Positions 39,442 through 49,286 of a DNA stretch of 64,000 nt are shown in pieces (the stretch's first letter is position 1; every line of letters starts with the position of its first letter). The stretch comes from a virus. Taxonomy: Duplodnaviria > Caudoviricetes. The notes under the pieces were generated by a model. The model saw only the letters and a list, made by a program, of their open reading frames with translations, searched no databases and was not told the DNA's origin. The stretch is taken from the IMG/VR virus record IMGVR_UViG_3300037851_000542, positions 96,001 through 160,000 of that record, one strand, 5' to 3'. The translations under genes were made by a program, and so were the position numbers.

Positions 39442-40041
39442 TTACTTTTGAATAATCTCATCAATTATTCCGTATGCTTTAGCCTCTGAGCTTGATAGCC
39501 AGAGGTCTCTTTCACAGTCCTTTTTTACCTTTTTATAGGACTGTCCTGTATTTTTGCAAAGAATATTCAGGAGCTGCTCTCTCATTTTAAGAAGAATTTT
39601 AGTATCAATTTCTTGATCTGTGGCTGTAATGGTCTGTTTTATTGCGCTTGTTCTAGGTTCGTGAATCATTACCCAGGAGTTAGGCAGACTAGCTCTTTTT
39701 TTACCCGCCGATAGTAAAACTGCTGCCATACTAGCAGCGCACCCTATACATATAGTGTTTACAGGCGCTGAGATATAGCTCATTGTATCTAGGATAGCTA
39801 ACCCGTCGGATATACTTCCGCCTGGACTATTTATATAAAAACTAATAGGTCTGTTTTGGTCATCTTGGTCTAAAAGTAACAATTGTGCTACTACGGCATT
39901 GGCACTTTCATCATTTATTTCTTCTTTTAAGAAGATAATTCTATCTGATAGTAATTTAGAATAGACATCGTAAGCCCTCTCGCTACTACTACTTTTGTCT
40001 ATTACAAATACCGAGTTAGTTCTTGTTTTAGTTTTTACCAT
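39442..40041 (-). CDS. clpP: ClpP protease proteolytic subunit (host-like)
   Basis: ERAYDVYSKLLSDRIIFL, INSPGG; catalytic AASMA (Ser), MIHEP (His), ERD (Asp). Confidence 0.95.
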   Translation of the reverse strand: MVKTKTRTNSVFVIDKSSSSERAYDVYSKLLSDRIIFLKEEINDESANAVVAQLLLLDQDDQNRPISFYINSPGGSISDGLAILDTMSYISAPVNTICIGCAASMAAVLLSAGKKRASLPNSWVMIHEPRTSAIKQTITATDQEIDTKILLKMREQLLNILCKNTGQSYKKVKKDCERDLWLSSSEAKAYGIIDEIIQK

Positions 40042-40096
40042 ATGCTAACATCATATTACAGTTTACTATTTAAAACAACTATTTTCTGGAATTACA

Positions 40097-41239
40097 ATGT
40101 TAAATAAGTTAAATTTATACGGACCCTTAAATCAATTAGGTTATGGGATCTTCACCAGAGGTATCATTAAAGGTTTAGCCGAGAATAATGTATTAAATTT
40201 CTCTGTTTTGCCTATAGGTCAGGTACACATTGAAGACCAAAGGGAAGCTCAACTGTTAAAATCTTTAATAGAAACAATGACTTGGGAAAGAAAAGCCCCC
40301 TCAGTAGCTATTTGGCATGAATTCGATTTAACTAAATTTTCTAGTGATAAACTTATAGCTTATCCAATCTTTGAAACAACTAAATTTAATAAGTCTGCAA
40401 TCTCTCAATTAAGTCAAATGGATGCTGTAATAGTGGCATCTAAGTGGGCTAAATCAGTTGTGACTGATAATATTGGGGATAATGTTCCTGTATTTGTGGT
40501 ACCCGGTGCTTCTGATTTAAATGACGAGAATTTAGAAGAGGACTATAATAAGAATAATATTTTTACATTTATCAACGTTGGAAAGTTTGAAAAAAGAAAA
40601 GCGCACGCTGACTTATTACAAGCGTATAAACAGGCTTTTAGTAATTCTCCTAATGAGACTCGTTTGATTTTGCATTGTTTTAATCCACATATGCAGAATT
40701 ATGATAACAATATAAAGGGACTGTTATCGTCTCTAGGTTACACTGTACACGAAAATAGTACCAATATGGGCGCTATAATTGCGAGCGCAGGTAATGCTCT
40801 GGTATCAATACCTAGGGGGTTTATTCCAAAATCTCAATTAATCAGTCTGTATAAGTACTCACATGTTGGAATTTACCCATCTAGAGGTGAAGGCTGGAAT
40901 TTACCACTAGTAGAATCTATTCAAAGTGGATTACCTTGTATAGCTACAAATTATTCGGCGCATACTGAGTATTTAAATGCAGAGTTTAATTATCCCCAAG
41001 AGCTACTATTAAATAACTTCAAAATGGAAACAGCTTTAGATAATATGTATTTTCACGGAGATCGAGGCTACTGGGCTTCGCCTTCAATAGAGGAGATGGC
41101 TGAAAAAATGCTGTATGCTGAGAAAAACTATGCTAAAATAATGGAAACCTTTGGTAATACCTCTGACCTTATAAAGGCTAAGTTTACTTGGAAAAATTCA
41201 GCTTCCAGCTTATTAGAAGTTCTTGATATCCTCGCTTAG
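40097..41239 (+). CDS. GT4 glycosyltransferase with intact EX7E motif
   Basis: LGYG N-terminal loop, NVGKFEKRK and PSRGEGWNLPLVE; IATNYSA. Confidence 0.9.
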   Translation: MLNKLNLYGPLNQLGYGIFTRGIIKGLAENNVLNFSVLPIGQVHIEDQREAQLLKSLIETMTWERKAPSVAIWHEFDLTKFSSDKLIAYPIFETTKFNKSAISQLSQMDAVIVASKWAKSVVTDNIGDNVPVFVVPGASDLNDENLEEDYNKNNIFTFINVGKFEKRKAHADLLQAYKQAFSNSPNETRLILHCFNPHMQNYDNNIKGLLSSLGYTVHENSTNMGAIIASAGNALVSIPRGFIPKSQLISLYKYSHVGIYPSRGEGWNLPLVESIQSGLPCIATNYSAHTEYLNAEFNYPQELLLNNFKMETALDNMYFHGDRGYWASPSIEEMAEKMLYAEKNYAKIMETFGNTSDLIKAKFTWKNSASSLLEVLDILA

Positions 41240-41254
41240 TACTATTTTTAGTAC

Positions 41255-41734
41255 ATGAGAGTTAACTTATTTAATGCTAATAATCCAAACGGACCTAGGC
41301 TAGCTGTTACTGTAGATATTCTTCATCAGGATGTACAACATACTTCTGATGGAGAATTAATCTACATGATCCAGTTTACACACGGTATTTCTGGTATAGA
41401 CCCTGTTGTTATATTAGATGTTACTGAAAAAAACATACAAAAAGAAATAAAAAAAGGATTAGGTATTATAGCTTCTCAGTTAGACTGGGGGAACCTAATA
41501 CCTGATACTAAAACTCCAGCAATAGATACTATTTATCCTCTGCCTAATAGTTTGGATGTTCCAATTGAATCAAACGTTTCAATAAAATTAATTGATAGAT
41601 TTCCAACCTCCCTTATTGATACAAGTACAATAAAACTAACAGTAAATAATATAGATGTTACAAGTGATCTACAAATTAAAGATTTAGATCAGCTTGTAAC
41701 TATTAACTGGCTGCCAAAAAAGGCTATCGACTAG
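41255..41734 (+). CDS. Protein with C-terminal Ig-like (SbsA/Big_5-like) domain
   Basis: PAIDTIYPLPNSLDVPIESNVSIKL...IDTSTIKLTVNN pattern, shared with the proteins at 56950 and 62380. Confidence 0.55.
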   Translation: MRVNLFNANNPNGPRLAVTVDILHQDVQHTSDGELIYMIQFTHGISGIDPVVILDVTEKNIQKEIKKGLGIIASQLDWGNLIPDTKTPAIDTIYPLPNSLDVPIESNVSIKLIDRFPTSLIDTSTIKLTVNNIDVTSDLQIKDLDQLVTINWLPKKAID

Positions 41735-42549
41735 TACAAGTACTCTATTAAGACAGCTGCAGATCTAGCAATGTCATGATTATTGGTATATTTTAACCTA
41801 ATAACAGATCCAGCAGGAATATGAGAACCCTTTTCTATTTTATAACCTAATGGTACTGGACCTTTACCAATTAATGCATAATGTTCTACTACTTTTTGAA
41901 CTAAAAGTACATAAGTGGTACTTGCCGAAAAATTCTGCGTCAAGTTAATATCTAAAGTAAGTTCATTTTCTGCAGCATTGACACTAAGAATTAAAGGCAG
42001 CAACTCTTTAATATTTGTATCCAGCGCATTAACTAACATAAGAGAAGCGCCTGCATTAACATTTTGTATTACAGTTGGACTTACTTTTATTGTATTACTT
42101 CCAGAAGTGACTGCTTCAGTGAGTACCCCTACAGTAAAGCCTATTGGACCATCTGCATATACATCTGCCCAGGTTTTTTCCCCCACCCAAACTTCTAGTA
42201 CATCAAAGGGGCTAATAACATCCTCGTATAGCACTTGTCCACCCATTAAACTGATAGGTATCTTAACTTGAAAATCTGAATTAAAAACCCCGCTTGGTGT
42301 AACGTCTATGCAATCTATAGTTGTACTTTTAAAATGTCCATTAGTAGGAACCCACTCTTTTACAATCTCTACTTGTGTAATTAAATGATCTAATGTTTCA
42401 ATAATAGACACAGAATCCATATTAATTGGACTTCCGTCTGGAGATATTAAGTCTGATGAGTCCTGAGTATCATCTAACCAAGATGTAAAGACTGTATTTC
42501 CACCTGACTCTGTAATAAACCTATATTTATATAATATTTTTGTTGTCAT
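41731..42549 (-). CDS. Hypothetical beta-rich structural protein
   Basis: 272-aa ORF, last gene of the fibre-like cluster. Confidence 0.65.
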   Translation of the reverse strand: MTTKILYKYRFITESGGNTVFTSWLDDTQDSSDLISPDGSPINMDSVSIIETLDHLITQVEIVKEWVPTNGHFKSTTIDCIDVTPSGVFNSDFQVKIPISLMGGQVLYEDVISPFDVLEVWVGEKTWADVYADGPIGFTVGVLTEAVTSGSNTIKVSPTVIQNVNAGASLMLVNALDTNIKELLPLILSVNAAENELTLDINLTQNFSASTTYVLLVQKVVEHYALIGKGPVPLGYKIEKGSHIPAGSVIRLKYTNNHDIARSAAVLIEYLY

Positions 42550-42552
42550 AAT

Positions 42553-43329
42553 TTATCCTTTTATATCCAAATTAAAAACTGTTATGTTTGCATTACTGCC
42601 TGAAGTACGCCTCACTTGAAGGTCGAGTAATACACCTGAAGAGGGAAAGTTACCACCGCTAATTGTAAATGGAACTAGCAAATTGGCAGTAGAAGCTCCG
42701 GAAAAAAAGGCTGTGGTTGCCAGTTCTGTATTTGTAGTTAAGTTAAAAAGACGAGCTTGACCTGATGTAGTTATAGAAGCAGTTCTAAAGACACCAGAGA
42801 CAGAAAGAACAGGTCCAAAGGAATTAGTACCCTCAAACGGAAATATTGCAGTTGACGTGTAGGTAGTAGAGTTGTTCGTAACACCCTTAGCAAAATTATA
42901 GGATAATTGCTTAGGTTTCGCCTTAGTATCTACATAACTCTTATTACTAGCGTGCCCACTTAGTGTAGGATTATCATTTAAGGTTAAAAATCCGCTCATC
43001 GCATCACCTGACGTATTTACAAACCTAGATTCAGCAAATCCTGAGTAGGACGTTAATGAGCTGTCAGTGGATAAAGGTACTGTAGTTAATTCACCAGTTT
43101 TGACGGAAACTGTGTCACCTGATGCTGTTAAATAAACAATAGAGTCATCTGGTTGCCTTAAGGGTATGGATCCTAAAGGGTGCCTATTACCGGATACTGT
43201 TTGAAAAGACTCATCGGCTAGTTGCTCAATAGCAGTATGCGTGGGGTTGTTAGTTAAATAGGCATCTAACTCATCTTTTAAAAGATACTTATCAACCTGA
43301 GGTATATAATAAATCCATTTTTTTATCAT
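42553..43329 (-). CDS. Fibre-like virion protein, short paralogue
   Basis: SGDAMSGFLTLNDNPTLSGHASNKSYVD, matching the common phage fibre motif GDTMTG.L...P....A.K.YVD; N- and C-termini paralogous to 43353-44939. Confidence 0.7.
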   Translation of the reverse strand: MIKKWIYYIPQVDKYLLKDELDAYLTNNPTHTAIEQLADESFQTVSGNRHPLGSIPLRQPDDSIVYLTASGDTVSVKTGELTTVPLSTDSSLTSYSGFAESRFVNTSGDAMSGFLTLNDNPTLSGHASNKSYVDTKAKPKQLSYNFAKGVTNNSTTYTSTAIFPFEGTNSFGPVLSVSGVFRTASITTSGQARLFNLTTNTELATTAFFSGASTANLLVPFTISGGNFPSSGVLLDLQVRRTSGSNANITVFNLDIKG

Positions 43330-43352
43330 AAATCTAGTATAGTATTTTATGG

Positions 43353-44939
43353 TTAAAAATTAGATCCTAGGATTGATAATCCGTGTATAATCATATTGCC
43401 GTTACCTGAGTTTCTTCTTAACTCCACTCTAAATACTGCCGAACCGCTTGGTAAAGCACTGCCACCGGAAGTACTAAGTGAAAATAATCCAGGAGAAGTT
43501 CCACTAAAAGTTCCGGAAGCTACTGTTGTATTATTACTTAAATTATAAACACGCGCCTGCCCTACAGATCCAGCACTAGCAACACTAAAAACGCCTTCAA
43601 AGAAGTTAACTGGACCCATTCTCAAAGTTCCAGGAAAGGAGATATAGGAAACAGTTTGATACGAGGTACTGTTTATTTGGATTCCTACGTTTCCATTATC
43701 AGCATAGGAGTAAGATAGTACTCTGTAACCGCCTGTAGCTGTTAAACTTAAAACCTGAGAAGGTAAATTTCCAGTATAAGTAGCGAACGTAGTATCACTT
43801 ACTAACCCTGTAGTAGTAATATTAACATTGTTGCCGACACCGCTAGATGACTGCAGTCCAAAGCCTAAATTTATATTACCAACATTATTATGATTTAAAC
43901 TACCACTATTACTTACATCCAAAACTCCACTATTTAAAATATTAACTTGATTTTGAAAATACCCAGAGATAGAAGAGTCTCTTTGATCTACATAAAATTT
44001 ATTAGACGAGTGTCCAGATAACGTTGGGTCAGCGTTTAAAGTTAGGAATCCAGTCATCGAATCGCCAGAGGTATTTACAAACCGCCCTTCAGCAAATCCA
44101 GAGTATGTGGTGACGGAATTTGTAGTGAAAATACTAGCTGTAGTTACCGCATTGCCCGAGATAACGGCAACCTCCGATATATCAATAAATTTTCCTTCTG
44201 CAAATCCTGAATATGCAGTTAGATTAGCAAAAGTAGCCATTCCTGTTACCGATACCTCTAACTCGTTACCAGTACCGGAAGAAGCTAGTAATCCAAAACC
44301 TAAATCAATAGATTGAACTGTGCTTAGTACTAGCGTATTTTGATTTTTTCCAGTAATAGGTATAGAGACTTTAGAATCGACGTACTGTTTTGTTGCAGCG
44401 TGTCCAGATGTAACAGGGTCTGAAAATAAAGTAAGGAAACCGGTCATTAAATCACCGGATCTTAATACTCTATTATTTATATCTAACTGTAAGTTTCCTG
44501 ACGTGGTATTTATTAAACTAGTATTGCTTGCAGTTAATCCTGAAACTGTATTAATATCATAGTGTATTTGACTTAAATCTGCAGATACGGTAGTTAAATA
44601 GTTTTCTATATTTACTATGTCTGCTGCTACACCAGATGTTAAAAAACTGATATCATTGTTTATATCTAGTACTTCATTAAAAAAATAACCAGATACTGCC
44701 ATAATTGCAGCATCAATAGTAGCAAATCCTGACAGAGACGTGCTTGCGCCGCTAAGACTTATAAGAGCATTTATAGAGGTGCCCTCTGCGTTCCCTGCTT
44801 GCTCGTAATAACCGCTGGTAATTAAAACAGGTATTGCAACGTAACTAGGATTGTCCGTAAAGTATTGTAACTCTTCGTCTAATATAAATCTGCGGAGCTG
44901 CGGACTCCACCACTGTTGTAATATATCTACCATTTGCAA
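43353..44939 (-). CDS. Fibre-like virion protein, long paralogue
   Basis: Two copies of SGD.MTGFLTL..DP..SGH..K.YVD; coiled-coil-like N-terminal third; 24 SG dipeptides. Confidence 0.7.
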   Translation of the reverse strand: MQMVDILQQWWSPQLRRFILDEELQYFTDNPSYVAIPVLITSGYYEQAGNAEGTSINALISLSGASTSLSGFATIDAAIMAVSGYFFNEVLDINNDISFLTSGVAADIVNIENYLTTVSADLSQIHYDINTVSGLTASNTSLINTTSGNLQLDINNRVLRSGDLMTGFLTLFSDPVTSGHAATKQYVDSKVSIPITGKNQNTLVLSTVQSIDLGFGLLASSGTGNELEVSVTGMATFANLTAYSGFAEGKFIDISEVAVISGNAVTTASIFTTNSVTTYSGFAEGRFVNTSGDSMTGFLTLNADPTLSGHSSNKFYVDQRDSSISGYFQNQVNILNSGVLDVSNSGSLNHNNVGNINLGFGLQSSSGVGNNVNITTTGLVSDTTFATYTGNLPSQVLSLTATGGYRVLSYSYADNGNVGIQINSTSYQTVSYISFPGTLRMGPVNFFEGVFSVASAGSVGQARVYNLSNNTTVASGTFSGTSPGLFSLSTSGGSALPSGSAVFRVELRRNSGNGNMIIHGLSILGSNF

Positions 44940-44954
44940 AAACTAGCAAAGAAA

Positions 44955-45596
44955 TTATAAACGTTTTAATCTTTCTATTCTTAGGTAACCAGATAACAAA
45001 GTAAATGTTATATTTGCTGAGCTATCGGTTGATAAATCTCTAGATCTTATACCTACAGTTTCGTTTATAGAATTCGTGGAAATAATATAGCAACCTTCAG
45101 AAGTCCCCACTGGGGCGGTTCTAACACTTGTAGCCACTCCTGCTGTTTGTGTCGCCGCAACAAATGTTCCTGAATTTCTATTTAAATCCGTTACTAAGTT
45201 ACGACTTCTGGTTGCGAAAGTGGATCCTGTTATTTCTCCAGTTACTTGCCAATTTATTTTATAAATCCCAATGTTTACAAGTGTAACATTATTTGAGTCT
45301 ACTGTAAAGCCCGATCCATTGCTTAATACAGACCCTGTATTTAAATTTAAAAGATTGTTGGTTGTAATTAAATCTGTACCGGCAGTAAACTCAACCTGTA
45401 CTAAATTAGGAGTATTAATTGTAATAGCCATATCCTCTACAGCAGAGAATACATCAGTCCCAGAAACACCAATATTTGTAAAGTCAGATCCCGAAGTTGT
45501 TATAGGTACTAAACTTGCATCTAAAGCAGTCTCGTTAAAGTTACTAGAAGAGACCCTAGGTACTAGTAATGTTCCATTTGAAAATGTTATAGGCAT
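44955..45596 (-). CDS. Fibre/spike protein with BclA-C/C1q-like C-terminal domain
   Basis: VTLVNIGIYKINWQV jelly-roll-like pattern; Thr/Ser-rich. Confidence 0.45.
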   Translation of the reverse strand: MPITFSNGTLLVPRVSSSNFNETALDASLVPITTSGSDFTNIGVSGTDVFSAVEDMAITINTPNLVQVEFTAGTDLITTNNLLNLNTGSVLSNGSGFTVDSNNVTLVNIGIYKINWQVTGEITGSTFATRSRNLVTDLNRNSGTFVAATQTAGVATSVRTAPVGTSEGCYIISTNSINETVGIRSRDLSTDSSANITFTLLSGYLRIERLKRL

Positions 45597-45652
45597 ATTT
45601 TAATTTTATAATTAAAGCTTAAATTACTATGTTAAAAAAGACGGTTACAGAG

Positions 45653-45690
45653 TATACTATTTAAGTATGGGACACTTTTTAAATAGTATA
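45653..45690. promoter_or_regulatory. Pair of oppositely oriented TATACTAT motifs in the divergent intergenic gap
   Basis: TATACTAT at 45653-45660 on + and at 45683-45690 on -, between divergent genes starting at 45596 (-) and 45702 (+). Confidence 0.6.
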
Positions 45691-45701
45691 GTAAGTAAAA
45701 A

Positions 45702-46148
45702 ATGAAACAAGATTTAAATAAGATAATTAATACAAGAAATAAACTTTGGATTAGTTGGAAAAAAGCCATACATACAGGCGATGGCAATATTAATTTAATA
45801 GATCCTAAGTTTACTGGTAATATTTTATCTGATTGTGATCCTATAGAAGAGGCAGGTACCATTAAAATAGATATGACACATCAATATTTATTACATATTC
45901 CTCAACCTTATTTAATACAAGTTAGCTGGGAAGGTAAGTATAAACAAGACAAAGAAGAAGTATTATTTAAATCAATGACTATTAAAGATGGAAATTTAGG
46001 TAAGCTATCTATATTGAAAGATAAAGATTCCATTTTATTAGACTGTACTGATCACACTACTGAAGCTGAAAAAAAAGGATTAATTTTATTTAACTTTTAT
46101 GCTGTAGCTTTTAATTCAGATAAAAGTCCCTATAATTTTAATAAGTAA
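45702..46148 (+). CDS. Hypothetical protein
   Basis: 148-aa ORF downstream of a TATACTAT motif. Confidence 0.65.
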   Translation: MKQDLNKIINTRNKLWISWKKAIHTGDGNINLIDPKFTGNILSDCDPIEEAGTIKIDMTHQYLLHIPQPYLIQVSWEGKYKQDKEEVLFKSMTIKDGNLGKLSILKDKDSILLDCTDHTTEAEKKGLILFNFYAVAFNSDKSPYNFNK

Positions 46149-46154
46149 TACATT

Positions 46155-46505
46155 ATGATTTTGCCACCGTACATAAATAGAAGAATACAAGGTACTAAAA
46201 GATACCAACATAGAATTTGCCCGTATTCTACGTGTGATCAGAGTAATAGGATACCTAATAATGAAAAAAGTATACACACTGTTACTAGTGGACAAATGGC
46301 TTTAGATATTAGAGGTGGACACGATAGACTAGGTTGGAGGTGTGATGATCCAAATTGTAGTTACTTTCTAGGAACTGCAACTACCCCTATTATAATTGGC
46401 GCTAGAAAAATGACTATTAACAGGACTACTGGAAAATACGATGTTGTAATTGAAGACTATGAGGTTCCTATCGGATGCTCAGGTATTAAATTTTGGGAAA
46501 CTTAG
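46155..46505 (+). CDS. Cys-containing hypothetical protein, possible Zn binder
   Basis: CPYSTC and CDDPNC pairs. Confidence 0.6.
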   Translation: MILPPYINRRIQGTKRYQHRICPYSTCDQSNRIPNNEKSIHTVTSGQMALDIRGGHDRLGWRCDDPNCSYFLGTATTPIIIGARKMTINRTTGKYDVVIEDYEVPIGCSGIKFWET

Positions 46506-46511
46506 ATACAT

Positions 46512-46519
46512 TATACTAT
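46512..46519 (+). promoter_or_regulatory. TATACTAT candidate -10 element upstream of the gene at 46579
   Basis: Exact motif in the intergenic gap; a second TATACT at 46555-46560. Confidence 0.5.
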
Positions 46520-46578
46520 ATCAGATGTATCAGTTACTAAATTTGGTACTCAATTATACTTAACGAGGTATTTTTTAT

Positions 46579-47493
46579 ATGGCAATTAATGAAACCACAC
46601 AGGACGCTATTAATAATCCTGGAAATACAAAAACCGTAACACTAGATTTAACTAAGCAAGTTTATGCTGACAGTGAAGGTGATGAACAGTATGCTTTAAC
46701 TCTATCTACTACGGCTACTAGTAAAATAACTGCTGGTAGTATTGCTAATACCTACATAAGAGATGTAAAAGTAGGCTACTCTAAGAGTAGAAAAATAGCC
46801 GGACCTTTTAATATAGATGGTACCAAAAACCAACTTAGAGTTAGTATAGACGGATCTACCTCTAGAACGATTACATTAACCTCTGGTACAGGACTCACAC
46901 CTAATGACATAGTGAATGACCTTCAGGCACAGATATCTTCACTAGCAGGGACTGGTGGACTGGAAGAGGGTAACTTAGGGTTTCTTAATGCTGATGTAGA
47001 GTTTGTTGAAGGTAGATTTAGGATTCTCTCAGGCTCTGTTTCAGATACTTTTACTGGCATAGCTAAGTCAAGCGTTTCAGTTTTATCAGGAGTAGCTAAC
47101 GACGCTACAAGTTATTTAGGGTTTAATATCCCCATTCAAAGTGAGGATTTGGCTTCAAAGTCTTCTGCGGAAACTATAGTAGTTTCCGGCTTTACTGCTA
47201 GCGGTACTACCTTGGCGCTAGAAAGTGTTATTGGATGTAATAGTGGAGAAGCTTTTACAATAACAGACGGAGTATCCAGAGAGTATTTTATTGCTACTGC
47301 TGTCACTAGTGGAAACTCTACTTTAACGGTGGCTTCTGGTACAATTAATAACAACTATGCAATTAATTCTGTTGTTCAAAAGATATTTGAAAGAGACCCA
47401 GATTCCTCAGTACCTAACCCTCTAACTACAGTAGATGAGATTATGAGGTTTAGCTTAAAGAATGTGGTTAACCAAATAGATTATACCACTTAA
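46579..47493 (+). CDS. Structural protein with a domain resembling contractile-tail-sheath insertion domains
   Basis: NQLRVSIDG...ITLT...DIVNDLQAQI...FRILSG...LGF; upstream GAGGT (46565-46569) Shine-Dalgarno-like site. Confidence 0.55.
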   Translation: MAINETTQDAINNPGNTKTVTLDLTKQVYADSEGDEQYALTLSTTATSKITAGSIANTYIRDVKVGYSKSRKIAGPFNIDGTKNQLRVSIDGSTSRTITLTSGTGLTPNDIVNDLQAQISSLAGTGGLEEGNLGFLNADVEFVEGRFRILSGSVSDTFTGIAKSSVSVLSGVANDATSYLGFNIPIQSEDLASKSSAETIVVSGFTASGTTLALESVIGCNSGEAFTITDGVSREYFIATAVTSGNSTLTVASGTINNNYAINSVVQKIFERDPDSSVPNPLTTVDEIMRFSLKNVVNQIDYTT

Positions 47494-47571
47494 TTTTAAT
47501 TGACTGGGTTCATTAAACAGGTCATACTATAGGTTAGTATTATATTTTAATGAACTCTTATTAATACTTTT

Positions 47572-47871
47572 ATGAACTATCACGAGACATTTAGAGACAG
47601 AGCAGAAAAAAAGAATAATACTGTTATTAATAAAATTAATACGTGGCAGAAGTGTTCAAAACTTACTAAATTAGCTTGCGATAAGTGCCTATCTACAAAA
47701 GTTGATCCTATTATTAAAGGACCTAAAGTTCATTTAAAGTGCCTCACTTGTTCACATATATCAGGTGATATCCCTAATTATGTTTTACAAGCCAACTTTA
47801 ACTCTAAGCTGGCAGTGTTAGTTAGAAATAAAGAAAATAGCCAAGTTCTAAAAAAATTACAAGATTTTTAA
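47572..47871 (+). CDS. Zinc-ribbon protein
   Basis: CDKC and CLTC pairs. Confidence 0.6.
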   Translation: MNYHETFRDRAEKKNNTVINKINTWQKCSKLTKLACDKCLSTKVDPIIKGPKVHLKCLTCSHISGDIPNYVLQANFNSKLAVLVRNKENSQVLKKLQDF

Positions 47872-47893
47872 ACTAAAAAACAGATACTAAAAT

Positions 47894-48418
47894 ATGGTTT
47901 ACGTTCATATTTTAACCACACTTCCAGCCCTTAGAGAGTACGCTATTCCGGTAAAAACTACGAATAAAAAGATATCTAGTGTAAGTTTTAGTCTACCTAA
48001 AATAAAAACACTTAATTCTGCTTTGAGCACTATTAAAGAAGAGAACTTACTTAGGACTTGTAAATATAAAAAAACATTTGAAACTTACAGCAGACTTTCT
48101 AGCTTTTATAAAAATAACGATAATTTTAAAAACATAGTTAATAGCTTACCCCAAGACGATCCTGAGTTCCCTTTTTATGATAGTTCCTATTTCAATCAAC
48201 CTAATCTGTATATAGACTTCAAGGAGAATTCAAGACTAGAATACTTATATGTATCTTTTATAATAGAGAAGAATATACTACCTTTTATAGAACTCAACGA
48301 TGAGAACTGTAGTACAGTAGATCAATATTTAATTAACTTTTTACCTAATTTAGATTACCTGAACAAGTCTAAATTCTTTATTAAAGACTGTTCAGGTAAG
48401 GTTTTACATTCTGCTTAG
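47894..48418 (+). CDS. Hypothetical protein
   Basis: 174-aa ORF. Confidence 0.6.
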   Translation: MVYVHILTTLPALREYAIPVKTTNKKISSVSFSLPKIKTLNSALSTIKEENLLRTCKYKKTFETYSRLSSFYKNNDNFKNIVNSLPQDDPEFPFYDSSYFNQPNLYIDFKENSRLEYLYVSFIIEKNILPFIELNDENCSTVDQYLINFLPNLDYLNKSKFFIKDCSGKVLHSA

Positions 48419-48419
48419 C

Positions 48420-49211
48420 TTATTTTAATTGCTCCAAAATCCATTGTCTATAAGCAGAAACTTTAGCATATGCCGATGGGGTAAAGCGACTTGCGCAGCC
48501 ATAGGTCCAGCTAACTACACCTATTTGATAAAGTTTGCCTCTATGTTTAGACAACAGGGGTCCTCCAGAATCTCCAAAACAGGAATCTACTCCATTATTA
48601 GCATAATCCTTTGTATTCAATTTTCCTGCACATATCATTGAGTCTTTATTAAAAAAACTACCCATTGTATTTTGACAACGAGTTTGATTCCATAAAGGTA
48701 TATTCGCCTCTTGTAAATACTCTGGCATTTTTGAAATGCCTGTATAAATAGTGCCCCATCCGTACAATTTAACTTTTCTGGATTTTTTTAACACTTGTTT
48801 TGTGGCTAGTTTGGGTATAAACTTTGTATCTACTTCTGCTGGAGATCCTAAAGTTAAAACAGCAAAATCACCACTAAGGGTTTCTGAGGTAAATTCAGGG
48901 TGTGCTGATACTTTTATAACCTCTATATACTTCTGGCTTTTAAGGTTATTGCTTCCATAACCTATAGCTAATGCATCTGTTGTTTTCACACAATGTGCTG
49001 CTGTAAGTATGTGAGTCGTATCTAGGAAAGTCCCACCACAGGTAAAGTAAAAAGGTTGACCTTCTCCGCCGAACTGTCTATATAGCGATACCATAAATTT
49101 ATTTTCTTCTGTGGCATTGAATCCATTTATTACTGTAGCATTTTGAGCAAATAAAATAGAAGGTAACAAGTAGGCAATAAAAGACAATATTAAAAAACGA
49201 AAATTTACCAT
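48420..49211 (-). CDS. Secreted trypsin-like (S1) serine protease
   Basis: Hydrophobic signal peptide; VING mature N-terminus; TAAHC, DFAVL and GDSGGP triad; Asp at the S1 pocket (DSCFGDS). Confidence 0.93.
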   Translation of the reverse strand: MVNFRFLILSFIAYLLPSILFAQNATVINGFNATEENKFMVSLYRQFGGEGQPFYFTCGGTFLDTTHILTAAHCVKTTDALAIGYGSNNLKSQKYIEVIKVSAHPEFTSETLSGDFAVLTLGSPAEVDTKFIPKLATKQVLKKSRKVKLYGWGTIYTGISKMPEYLQEANIPLWNQTRCQNTMGSFFNKDSMICAGKLNTKDYANNGVDSCFGDSGGPLLSKHRGKLYQIGVVSWTYGCASRFTPSAYAKVSAYRQWILEQLK

Positions 49212-49232
49212 AAATAGACCTTTGTAAAGATT

Positions 49233-49261
49233 TTGACAATTAAATTTTAATCAGCTACAAT
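49233..49261 (+). promoter_or_regulatory. sigma70-type promoter
   Basis: TTGACA (49233-49238), 17-bp spacer, TACAAT (49256-49261), upstream of the FAD oxidoreductase. Confidence 0.75.
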
Positions 49262-49286
49262 TAATTATATACAATTAATTAATTAA

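Noticed and set aside
5978-41254. Short AT-rich palindromes (TTAACT-AA-AGTTAA near 5975; GTACTA-TTTT-TAGTAC near 41240) as terminators
   Set aside because: The 6-bp AT-rich stems are expected by chance at this base composition and lack clear U-tracts.
42940-44110. Duplicated fibre module as a DGR template/variable repeat pair
   Set aside because: Differences include many non-adenine and synonymous changes, both copies are coding, and no reverse transcriptase is present.
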